DNA from: Eledone cirrhosa | Taxonomy: Eukaryota | Reading direction: 5' to 3' | DNA: 64,000 nt | Assembly (NCBI GenBank): GCA_964016885.1 | Contig: OZ024747.1 | Coordinates: forward strand, 59,892,001-59,956,000 | In this document: in pieces, positions 11,261 to 24,076 of the stretch | How positions within the stretch are numbered: position 1 is the stretch's first letter | Layout: every line of letters starts with the position of its first letter | Translations under genes and position numbers: made by a program | Notes under the pieces: generated by a model | What the model saw: the letters and a program-made list of their open reading frames with translations, nothing else | Database searches by the model: none | What the model was told of the DNA's origin: nothing

Positions 11261-14200
11261 CCAATGCCAACAAAATGTGACTATATCCCACCATCCCAGT
11301 ACCAACAAAGTGTGATTATATCCTACCATTCCAATACCAACAAAATGTGACTATATCCCACCATCCCAGTACCAACAAAGTGTGACTATATCCCACCATT
11401 CCAATACCAACAAAATGTGACTATATCCCACCATACCAGTACCAACAAAATGTGACTATATCCTACCATTCCAATACCAACAAAATGTGACTATATCCCA
11501 CCATTCCAATACCAACAAAATGTGACTATATCCCACCATCCCAGTACCAACAAAGTGTGACTATATCCCACCATTCCAATACCAACAAAATGTGACTATA
11601 TCCCACCATCCCAGTACCAACAAAGTGTGACTATATTTCACCATTCCAATACCAACAAAATGTGACTATATCCCACCATCCCAATACCAACAAAATGTGA
11701 CTATATCCCACCATTCCAATATCAACAAAATGTGACTATAACCCACCATCCCAGTACCAACAATGTGTGACTATATCCCACCATTCCAATATCAACAAAA
11801 TGTGACTATATCCCACCATTCCAGTACCAACAATGTGTGACTATATCCCACCATTCCAATACCAACAAAATGTGACTATATCCCACCATTCCAATACCAC
11901 CAAAATGTGACTATATCCCACCATTCCAATACCAACAAAATGTGACTATATCCCACCATTCCAATACCAAGAAAATGTGACTATATCCCACCATTCCAAT
12001 ACCAAGAAAATGTGACTATATCCCACCATTCCAATACCAACAAAATGTGACTATATCCCACCATCCCAGTACCAACAAAGTGTGACTATATCCCACCATT
12101 CCAATACCAACAAAATGTGACTATATCCCACCATACCAGTACCAACAAAATGTGACTATATCCCACCATTCCAATACCAACAAAATGTGACTATATCCCA
12201 CCATTCCAATACCAACAAAATGTCACTATATCCCACCATTCCAATACCACCAAAATGTGACTATATCCCACCATTCCAATACCAACAAAATGTGACTATA
12301 TCCCACCATTCCAATACCACCAAAATGTGACTATATCCCACCATTCCAATACCAACAAAATGTGACTATATCCCACCATTCCAATACCAACAAAATGTGA
12401 CTATATCCCACCATTCCAATACCAACAAAATGTGACTATATCCCACCATTCCAATACCAACAAAATGTGACTATATCCCACCATCCCAGTACCAACAAAG
12501 TGTGACTATATCCCACCATTCCAATACCAACAAAATGTGACTATATCCCACCATCCCAATACCAACAAAGTGTGACTATATCCCACCATTTCAATACCAA
12601 CAAAATGCGACTATATCCCACCATACCAGTACCAACAAAATGTGACTATATCCCACCATTCCAATACCAACAAAATGTGACTATATCCCACCATTCCAAT
12701 ACCAATAAAATGTGACTATATCCCACCATTCCAATACCAACAAAGTGTGACTATATCCAACCATTCCAATACCTACAAAATGTGACTATATCCCACCATT
12801 CCAATACCAACAATATGTGACTATATCCAACCATCCCAGTACCACCAAAATGTGACTATATCCCACCATTCCAATACCAACAAAATGTGACTATATCCCA
12901 CCATACCAGTACCAACAAAATGTGACTATATCCCACCATACCAGTACCAACAAAATGTGACTATATCCCACCATTCGAATAACAACAAAATGTGACTATA
13001 TCCCACCATTCCAATACCAACAAAATGTGACTATATCCCACCATTCCAATACCAATAAAATGTGACTATATCCCACCATTCCAATACCAACAAAGTGTGA
13101 CTATATCCCACCATTCCAATACCAACAAAATGTGACTATATCCCACCATTCCAATACCAACAATATGTGACTATATCCCACCATTCCAATACCAACAAAA
13201 TGTGACTATATCCCACCATTCCAATACCAACAAAGTGTGACTATATCCCACCATTCCAATACCAACAAAATGTGACTATATCCCACCATCCCAGTACCAA
13301 CAAAGTGTGACTATATTTCACCATTCCAATACCAACAAAATGTGACTATATCCCACCATCCCAATACCAACAAAATGTGACTATATCCCACCATTCCAAT
13401 ACCAACAAAATGTGACTATATCCCACCATTCCAATACCAACAAAATGTGACTATATCCCACCATACCAGTACCAACAAAATGTGACTATATCCCACCATT
13501 CCAATACCAACAAAATGTGACTATATCCCACCATTCCAATACCAACAAAATGTGACTATATCCCACCATCCCAGTACCAACAAAGTGTGACTATATCCCA
13601 CCATTCCAATACCAACAAAATGTGACTATATCCCACCATACCAGTACCAACAAAATGTGACTATATCCCACCATTCCAATACCAACAAAATGTGACTATA
13701 TCCCACCATTCCAATACCAACAAAATGTGACTATATCCCACCATTCCAATACCACCAAAATGTGACTATATCCCACCATTCCAATACCAACAAAATGTGA
13801 CTATATCCCACCATTCCAATACCACCAAAATGTGACTATATCCCACCATTCCAATACCAACAAAATGTGACTATATCCCACCATTCCAATACCAACAAAA
13901 TGTGACTATATCCCACCATTCCAATACCAACAAAATGTGACTATATCCCACCATTCCAATACCAACAAAATGTGACTATATCCCACCATCCCAGTACCAA
14001 CAAAGTGTGACTATATCCCACCATTCCAATACCAACAAAATGTGACTATATCCCACCATTCCAGTACCAACAAAGTGTGACTATATCCCACCATTCCAAT
14101 ACCAACAAAATGTGACTATATCCCACCATCCCAATACCAACAAAGTGTGACTATATCCCACCATTCCAATACCAACAAAATGCGACTATATCCCACCATA

Positions 14201-15030
14201 CCAGTACCAACAAAATGTGACTATATCCCACCATTCCAATACCAACAAAATGTGACTATATCCCACCATTCCAATACCAATAAAATGTGACTATATCCCA
14301 CCATTCCAATACCAACAAAGTGTGACTATATCCCACCATTCCAATACCAACAAAATGTGACTATATCCCACCATTCCAATACCAACAATATGTGACTATA
14401 TCCCACCATCCCAGTACCACCAAAATGTGACTATATCCCACCATTCCAATACCAACAAAATGTGACTATATCCCACCATACCAGTACCAACAAAATGTGA
14501 CTATATCCCACCATACCAGTACCAACAAAATGTGACTATATCCCACCATTCCAATACCAACAAAATGTGACTATATCCCACCATTCCAATACCAACAAAA
14601 TGTGACTATATCCCACCATTCCAATACCAATAAAATGTGACTATATCCCACCATTCCAATACCAATAAAATGTGACTATATCCCACCATTCCAATACCAA
14701 CAAAGTGTGACTATATCCCACCATTCCAATACCAACAAAATGTGACTATATCCCACCATCCCAGTACCACCAAAATGTGACTATATCTCTACCACAGTGT
14801 GACTATATCCCATCATCCCAGTACCACCAAAATGTGACTATATCTCTACCACAGTGTGACTATATCCCACCATCCCAGTACCACCAAAATGTGACTATAT
14901 CCCACCATCCCAGTATCACCAAAATGTGACTATATCTCTACCACAGTGTGACTATATCCCACCATCCCAGTACCACCAAAATGTGACTATATCTCTACCA
15001 TAGTGTGATTATATCCCACCATCTCAGTAA
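11261..15030. repeat. 35-bp minisatellite, about 100 copies, with 57-bp variant units at the right end
   Basis: Unit ccaataccaacaaaatgtgactatatcccaccatt, in constant phase from 11261 to 14760. Confidence 0.97.
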
Positions 15031-15275
15031 ACCATTCTATCAACAATGTTTCACAAACCAGTGACATATTCTGGAGTGTAATGCCATTAAGTGAGAAAAG
15101 AAATCTATATCAGACTCTGTTGTTTGATGTTCAATACATTTTATGTTGTAAATGCAAAATAATTTTCTATTACAGAAATTCTTTTAGTGAATGATTCTCA
15201 TGCATCTATGTATGTGTGTGTGTGTGTATATATATATACACACACACATGTAATGTGGGTCTATGTGCATAAATA

Positions 15276-15324
<49 letters not shown>

Positions 15325-15345
15325 ATGTGTGTGTATATTTATATA

Positions 15346-15412
<67 letters not shown>

Positions 15413-15500
15413 CACACACATGCATTTGAATATGTTTTAGTGTGGATATATATATATATCATCATCATCATATATATATATATATCCACACTAAAATTTC

Positions 15501-16111
<611 letters not shown>

Positions 16112-16439
16112 GGAAACACATGGCTTAGTGGTTAGAGCATTAGCCTTGCAATCGAAAGGTTATGAGTTCAATTCTCAGACCGGGTGATGTGTTTTTTCCT
16201 TGAGCAAGACACTTTATTTCACATTGCTCCAGTTTATTCAGCTGTAGAAATGAGATGATAGGGACTGGGGTCCCTATTATTCCACTGCAAAGTGGTCATG
16301 GAAAAAAAGCACCCAGCACTCACTGTAAATGAGGTTGGTGTTAGGAAGGGCATCCAGCTGTAGAAATCAAACCAGAATCAGTTCCCATCCCACCCTTGCA
16401 AGCAGGGAAAAGCGGACGTAAAATGATGATGATGATGAT
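16112..16439 (+). mobile_element. SINE family B copy
   Basis: Near-identical to 27365-27710 with a small internal deletion; follows a ~155-bp pure (TA)n. Confidence 0.9.
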
Positions 16440-18242
16440 ATATAGGAAAATGTTTAACCCCAACAGCAGAGCTCAAGCCATTTTGACAGCTATTTTTGGG
16501 GTCCAGAAATAGGCGTCGAAAAGTTGCAAAGCAAACTTGTTAACCACATAGCCATAATTCTGTCTATGCCATGCCTGCACCTATATTACACCCCCACTGC
16601 TCAGATATCATGACTATTTGTAACTTATGAATTAAGGAGCTACGTTCTTTTTCAAGAATCCAAGTTCAGTCATACTTTGGTCCAAGTGAGTTGGTATATA
16701 TCCTGAAGATCCAATAATAGGTGAGAAACTGAATGTGTATTTATTGGAAGGGTCTTCCGAGTAACGTTACTTGATAAAGTGCATAGCTCGGAGATGAGAG
16801 AGTCACTCCAGGTAGAGCCACTACTTCTCTGGATTGAGAGATCACAGCTCTGATGCTATGGGCATGCGGTTAAAATGTCTTAGGAAAGAATCGCTGGACA
16901 GATTTTACAGGCAAAATCAACCAGCTGAAGACCTAGGGGTAGACCCTGAGTAAGATGGTTGGATAACATCCATGAGCTTGGGTGGTCATGCTTGGGGATC
17001 CAGCCGGCGGATCAGTTGGATAAGATTGCTTCTGACAGGACCTGCTGGAAGGAGTGTTTGAGGACTCGACATCTCATGGGAAGGTAAAGAAATGTATCTA
17101 TGTATGTTCTTCTGGTTTTATAATTTTATAAATTTTTACCAATAGAGAGTCAGTTTCTATCATAGACACAACACTCTTTCATTGGAATTTAGACATCATC
17201 AACTAGCTAGGTACGCATGTCTGTATGCATGTGTGTGTGTGTCTGTATGCATGTGTGTGTGTGTGTGTGTGTGTGCAGTTATGGATGTTATTGTATGTGT
17301 GGATGTGCATGTGCATATGTTTTGTATCTGTACATGCAGATTTTATGTATGTATGTATGTGTGTGTGTGTGAATGTGTGGGTGTGTACTTTTCCTTTACC
17401 ATCATCATCATCATCACTGGCCTCATACACACACACACACACACACCGTGGCCTGCCTTCTCTTTAAAGCCATTCACTTTACGAAACCAGTCATTTGTCC
17501 AGGAAAAGTACAACATTGATGTGGATAACTCTGACAGCTTAATCACAAAATAACTGGTATATCCCCTCCCCTAGTAACAAGGATATCCCCTTCCCCTAGC
17601 CTTCTAAACTAAATTTTACAGCGTAAGGTAATTTTTTTAAAAAATGTTATTCACACAAGAGATTTTTGTTTGTTTGTTTGTCTTTATGATGATATTGTAG
17701 CTAATTGAAGCATCTCACAACTCTTAATCTTTGATTGAACTTTTCTGTTTGTTTGTTTGTTTAATTTTAGGCTTCTTTCTGTCGTCCATTCAAAATCATT
17801 GATTAGTTAATTAATGATATTACTGATTAGTTTTCTTAAGTATTCATCTATCATCTCAGCCTCTCTTGTTTGGTTATCTGGCACTGAATTTTGGCTGAGG
17901 TGGGCAGGGTTGCGTTTGCTGGGGTGGGTAGAGTTGGCTGGGGGAATGGGGTTGTCTTGGCTGTGTCATTATATCAAAATATGAGATTTCTATAGCTCTA
18001 AGATGTATGATTAGTTAAGAGAGTAAATTTCAAGGTGAAATAATTAGCAGCTCTACTACTACAGTTACTATTGCTGCTGCCACCCCACCACCTCCTACTG
18101 CTCTGATACTACCATCACTACTACTATAATCATCATTACCACCACTACTGCTGCTACTATTACCACCACCACTGCTGATACTACTGCTACTACTACTACT
18201 ACATGCAACATACAACTTTCCCTCACTATTCAGCAACAATTT

Positions 18243-18285
<43 letters not shown>

Positions 18286-18289
18286 CATT

Positions 18290-18605
18290 TTCATCATCAT
18301 TTCATTTTACGTCCGCTTTTCCCTGCTTGCAAGGGTGGGACGGGAACTGATTTTGGCTTGATTTCTACAGCTGGATGCCCTTCCTAACACCAACCTCATT
18401 TACAGTGAGTGCTGGGTGGTTTTTTGCCATGGCACCTCCACGACCACTTTGCAGTGGAATGATAGGGACCCCAGTCCCTATCATCTCATTTCTACAGCTG
18501 AGTAAACTGGAGCAATGTGAAACAACACATCACCCGGTCTGAGATTTGAACTCACAACCTTTCGATTGCAAGGCCAATGCTCTAACCACTAAGCCATGTG
18601 CCTCC
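18290..18605 (-). mobile_element. SINE family B copy
   Basis: Reverse complement of family B with a short deletion in the CORE region; adjacent to (TA)n. Confidence 0.9.
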
Positions 18606-18631
18606 ACAATATAATTTCAGCGAGATCGTAT

Positions 18632-19105
18632 TTCGGCTGTGGTAAAAAAAAAAAGTGAAACGCAATTTTCGAGATATGCAGCAAGCGCTCAATGGACTAA
18701 AAGAAGACCAGAGCAATTAACATATGTTATAGAGGCCATACAAACTGAAAACAGTGGTCATGAAGTTATCAGCCACCAGAGCTAAAAAAATGAAGCAAGC
18801 TAAACAGGTTAACAAAAGAATTTACCTGGACCTCCTGGAAATTGATGGTATAATCCAGTGGGAGGTTTCTGTGACACCTAACTCAATTATACTGCCTGCT
18901 TTCATTGTAAGCTTTTGGTACAACGATCGAACAAGGCTGCCATTTCGTCAACAAGTATTTTGTTCTCAGCCGGCGAGCGGGTTCCAATGCATTAGTAGTG
19001 TTGGAGTGATTACCAACACTCCCCTTAAACTTAAGCAATTAATCAGTCAATAGAATTATCCAATAGAATTAATTAATTAATTGCTAGGCCCGGGAGATTA
19101 ATACA
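18632..19105 (+). mobile_element. Possible mariner transposase relic bounded by a 24-bp direct repeat
   Basis: KRIYLDLLEIDGIIQWEV...PNSII and downstream KAAI.RQ resemble mariner KKVMLCVWWD.KGIIYYELL.PNQTI...KAAI. aatataatttcagcgagatcgtat at 18608-18631 and 19106-19129. Confidence 0.45.
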
Positions 19106-19800
19106 AATATAATTTCAGCGAGATCGTATATATATATATTTATATAAAGGCTTTCCTGTTGATTTCTTTTGAATGAAATAGTTCTAGTCTCATAGAAGCC
19201 ATTTCTATATTAAACCTGATATATATATGCACACACTCACATATATACATACATGGAATGGACCTTCATTGGTTTTGATAATAACTAGTTCCATCCATAT
19301 GGTAGTCTGCTCATGAAACATGAAATTAATATGTCAGTGTCCTAGCATTCCACAGATATGTGTACCTATGGTATAATTCTCAGGTAGGTTTAGTGGCACA
19401 GTGTGTTTGAATTGCTTTTTCATTGTGGCACCAACACTTACTCTCAGGTCTTGAAAAATATCCCATTTATTAATTTTTCAGATTTTTTCCTCCACCCCTG
19501 CTTTTATCCCCACCCCACACCCCACTTATTAAATTTTTCGAATCTAACTCCTGGGAAATTTTATTGCACGTGATTCATATTGATACAGCAGCTGGAGAAT
19601 CTAATAAATATGTTATTTTACATTAAAAAAAGATTATATATGACAAAAAAAAGAACATTACAAGAAATCCCATATTTATGAACGTACAATATATAATTAC
19701 TGATTCCACCCTTCCCCCACTTATTCCAACCCCCCTGCCCTGCTTATAAGAATTGAAGCAAATGTTCACCACTCCATATTATTTGAGACCCGAGAGTAAT

Positions 19801-19965
19801 GGGTGGACTGGTTGCTCTTTATTGTGACACCAGAACAACCACCTTACAGGGTGGACTGGGTGTTCTTTATTGTGACACCAGAACAACCACCTTACAGGGT
19901 GGACTGGGTGTTCTTTATTGTGACACCAAAACAACCATTTTATAGGGGTGGACTGGGTGCTTTTG
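19801..19965. repeat. 48-bp tandem repeat, ~3.4 copies, just upstream of the exon acceptor
   Basis: Unit gggtggactgggtgttctttattgtgacaccagaacaaccaccttaca. Confidence 0.9.
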
Positions 19966-20029
19966 TTGTATATATATATATATATACCTACTGCTGTATA
20001 TTCTAAAATTCTTTTGTAATATATTTCAG

Positions 20030-20246
20030 GGTTCGTATCCCAGCCAAGAATGTCTACTACTACCGTTGTCCAGACCACAGAAAGAATTATGTGATGTCTT
20101 TCTTGTTTTGTTTTGACAAAGAAAATGAAATCTACCAATTCTCCTACTGTTTTCCTTACACCTACTCTAAACTCCAGAATTACCTTGACTGTATTGAGAA
20201 GAGATGTCCTGACATCTTTACAAGGGAGCTGCTCTGTCTTACTGTG
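20030..20246 (+). CDS. AGBL4: Internal coding exon (217 nt) of cytosolic carboxypeptidase 6-like tubulin deglutamylase
   Basis: Acceptor tttcag|G at 20028-20029 and donor GTG|gtcagt at 20247. Translates (W)VRIPAKNVYYYRCPDHRKNYVMSFLFCFDKENEIYQFSYCFPYTYSKLQNYLDCIEKRCPDIFTRELLCLTV, closely matching my recollection of vertebrate CCP6/AGBL4 (KNVYYYRCPDHRKNYVMSF...YQFAYCYPYTY), with the CCP-family PYTY motif. Starts in phase 2, ends in phase 0. Confidence 0.95.
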
Positions 20247-20251
20247 GTCAG

Positions 20252-21073
20252 TACTACTACTACTGCTACTACTACTACTACTACTTTTACCACCACTATC
20301 ATCACCACCACCACCACCACCACTGCTACTACCCCTATCATCACCACATCACCACCACCGCCACTACAACTACCACCACCACAACCGCTACTACTACCCC
20401 TATCTTCACCACCACAACCACTACTACTACCCCTATCTCCACCATCACAACCACCACTACTACTACCCCTTCCTCCACAACCACCACTACTACCACCACC
20501 ACCACCACCACAACCACCACTACTACTACCACCACCCCTACTACCCCCCCATTACCCCCACCACCACCACTACTACCCCTATCTCCACCACTACTATTAC
20601 TACCACCACTACTACCACCACCACTACTACTACCACCACCACTACTACTACCACCACCACTACCACCACCACCACTACTACCACCACTACCACCGCAACT
20701 ACTACTACCCCTATCTCCACCACCTCAACCACCACTACTACTACCACCACCCACCACCACCACCACTACTACTACCATTACTACCACCACCACCACTACT
20801 ACTACCACCACAACCACTACTACCCCTATCTCCACCACCACAACCACCACTACTACTACCACCACCACCACCACCACTACCACCACCACCACCACCACCA
20901 CCACCACCACCACCACCACCACCACCACCACCACCACCACTACTACCACTACCACCACCACTACCACCACCACCGCCACTGCCACCACCACCACCGCCAC
21001 TGCCACCACCACCACCACCACCACTACCACCACCACCACCACCACCACCACCACCCTCACCACCACCACTACT
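20252..21073. repeat. (CAC/TAC)n compound trinucleotide microsatellite directly after the splice donor
   Basis: About 820 bp of cac/tac repeats with a recurrent ccctatctcca interruption. Confidence 0.95.
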
Positions 21074-23877
21074 CCTATTTGTCTTTATTAATGTTAGATT
21101 TCTAGGGAGAAATGTCTTAAGATAAATGAAGTGAAAGTATTGTTATATATTGGATTAGATATATAATTATTCCACGGAAATACCTTTGCCATTTTATCTG
21201 CAGGGTGCAGCTGAAACACTGCTCTGGCCTAGGTGTAAAGTCTGTCACCCTCTCCCCTTCCCCCTTTCTTTCTTCCTTTCTCTAGTATCCTTGGTCTTCC
21301 CCTCCTTTTCCTCTCATTTATGGCATTTATAGTCCTTTCCAACGCTGCTCTCTTTCTCTGTATGTTTATATAATTATTAGTATTATCTACCAGAGGGATG
21401 AAAGATAACATCATTTTCAATGGGGATTTCAGCTGAGAAACCTCTACATCTTGCCTCACACTAGATAGATACATTGTACTTAGATGATGTTTATTTAGCC
21501 CCAGGTCAGCTTTGATTGAGTATATCCATGATCAAAAGCATTACACAGTATATTTATGAGATAGTTTATCTAATGACAACAGTAAGAAATGTGTCCCTCC
21601 TTTCTTTCAGACAGTAGGGTGTGATATGAAGGACATTTTGTTGCTATGTGTTGCAGGCTGTTCAACCATGTGGAGTGTACCTTGTTTAGTCAGTGAATTG
21701 TTTGAATAAATAGGAACTCTTAAGATATGGTAATTGTTGGGTTATATGTTTCTTATATCACTTTAGAGTGTTATCCTCCTAATTGGAGATGAAACCCTCT
21801 AATTCGAGTTGACATTCCTTTCATATTCAGCATCAGCAATGATTATCACCTCTACCACTCCAGCAGTCGCCTAATTGGCTAATTAAGAACACATTAAATT
21901 TATTCATATAAAACCAGTTGTGTAATTACTTGAACTTGTTTTAGTTAAACATAGTAATGATAACGATGATGATGATGATGAGGATGATGATGATGATGAT
22001 GATGATGATGTTACCTTTAGCAATCCTCGTTAACTGAGATTCTCTCTGTACAACAACAGACTATTGATTAGTCCCCCTTCAGGGGTTCCACCTTGTATTA
22101 TTATCATCATATTTATATATATTTGTTACACTAAATCTCCATCAAACCTGCCTTTATGCCACCCCCATTCTCTCCCAACCCCCTCTTTTCTCTCTCTCAG
22201 CCCCCTCTTCTCTCTCTCCTAGCCCCCTTCTCTTTCTCTCTCTCTCTGTGGCCAAGGGCAGCATTCTCTTTAACTAACCTTAAATACTGTATTTATTTAA
22301 AAACCTTTCTTCCTTTCTACAAGTAGAAGGAAATAACTTTCATCTACCTTGCAAAATATTGATTGGCTTCTAAGGTATATGGACTTGTTATGTTTACTCT
22401 ATTTTGAGTAATGGGTTGTATGTGGTGGTGTGTGGGTATGGTGGTATGAGGTGGAGAGCTTTAGATTTGTTTCCTTAGGTAGAATGGTAAATGTCACAAA
22501 CTGTCATAAAATACAAACGAATAGCATTTGTCTAAAAGGCAGGGAATATTTATTTTCGATTCTTTAAATCATGAGATTTGAGATGTATTTTTATAATGAA
22601 TCACTCCTCCTGTATCATGTTCCTGTAATTGCTTGCACTTGTAAATACCATAAGCAGCAAGAATGGCTTATAAAAAAAAATCTTACAACTTCTAAACCTT
22701 TTCCTTAGATCCTGTTATACATTGAAACCAACAGTAATACCCCCATCTCCACATCTAAATCTTAATCTTGAAGTGAGTGCTTTCTTGTTTGCTACATGTT
22801 GAAGTTGTTTATATGTTTATTATATAAAGAAGATATATATGTATATATATACTTTTAACTGACTTGGTGCCCACACAGAAATGTTATAAGAATGTTTCTG
22901 CTGCTTTCTAGATTAGGTTGGTTGATTTCCAAAATATTTACATGCCATCATAATGGTTTCTGATATAGGCACAAGGCCAGTAATTTTGGGGGGAGGGGAA
23001 AGTTGATTAAATCTACCCCAGTGCGTGACTGGTACTTTATTTTATCGACCCCATAAGGATGAAAGGCAAAACTAACCTCGGCAGAATTTGAACTCAGAAT
23101 GTAAAGGGCTGTATCTCTATGCCATGAAGCAGGGTGTCTGACCCTCTACCGATACAATCATAACAATAGTAATAATACTAATAATAATATAAAGTCAATT
23201 TGCTCTGCTCGCAAGGGTTAAACCAGTCATCATAAACCAAGTCAGTACTTAATCAGAGCTACTGACCTCCAAGACAGGCCAAGGGCTGCATTTCACTCAC
23301 ATAAATGTCTGCACTTTATAGAGGGTACTAGTTGCATTTTATCATAGCACCAGCATTAGGGAGATTGTCATGTCTTTGATGTAAGAGTGCTGTTGGCTCT
23401 TTGTTTATCACCTAACAATAAAATAGTAGCTTTTACTTCAGGTTTTGCAAACTGGCATGCAGGCTTGTGCAAAGTTGGTAGTAGAGCCAGTGTAGGTGTG
23501 AAATGACGACCTCACTTTGAAATGCATGTTAAGCTTTGAACTACCATATTTTTATGAAAAACACTATAATTTTCAATGATTTTGAAAATAATAAGGAATT
23601 TGGAAGGATTTAATAATATAACTAATTTCTCCATTGCTATGCTGGAAGTTGGATAATAAATTAACAAATGTTCTGGCATAAAATTGTGGTGGAAGGTGTT
23701 TAGATAAATATAAGAACTTTAAAGTAAACACCTTAGTATTGTATAACCATGGGCAGTTGCAGGTAGTTTGGTATCATCAAAAGTGTTAAGTAGTTTTGTA
23801 AACAGTAGTAAATACATATGTTTTGTGTGTAGGTTGAGGAATATATATATATATACACACACACGTAAAGTGAATTA

Positions 23878-24076
23878 AACGATGAGATGGATCCCAGTCG
23901 GTGGCAAGCAGAAAAAAAGGGGACCTAAGAAAACCTGGCACTCTACTTTCAAAGAAGATCTCCAGAGGATTGGACTGGAATGGGTATCTATGCAAGATGC
24001 CGCAGTTGATTTTGTAAATTGGAAGGGACTCATTGCCCAATATTCCCCAGGACATAGGAGGACTTAAGACTAAGAC
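23878..24076 (+). mobile_element. RTE LINE 3' fragment, third family, with 12-bp TSD
   Basis: MRWIPVGGKQKKRGPKKTWHSTFKEDLQRIGLEW...WKGLIAQ; (ctaaga)n tail; TSD taaagtgaatta at 23866-23877 and 24077-24088. Confidence 0.88.

Noticed and set aside
11261-15030. CRISPR-like array (35-bp period); same consideration for the 39-bp array at 33300-37437
   Set aside because: Units are head-to-tail with no unique spacers, there are no cas genes, and the context is eukaryotic.
20091-21125. 344-aa ORF as a stand-alone proline-rich protein, and the overlapping 330-aa His/Thr ORF
   Set aside because: Only the first ~52 codons are real exon; the rest is (CAC/TAC)n intron after a canonical donor.
22010-22024. 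RFX X-box-like GTTACCTTTAGCAAT and nearby TAATT clusters in a tubulin-modifying gene
   Set aside because: One mismatch to consensus, intronic, and expected by chance in 64 kb of AT-rich DNA without conservation data.
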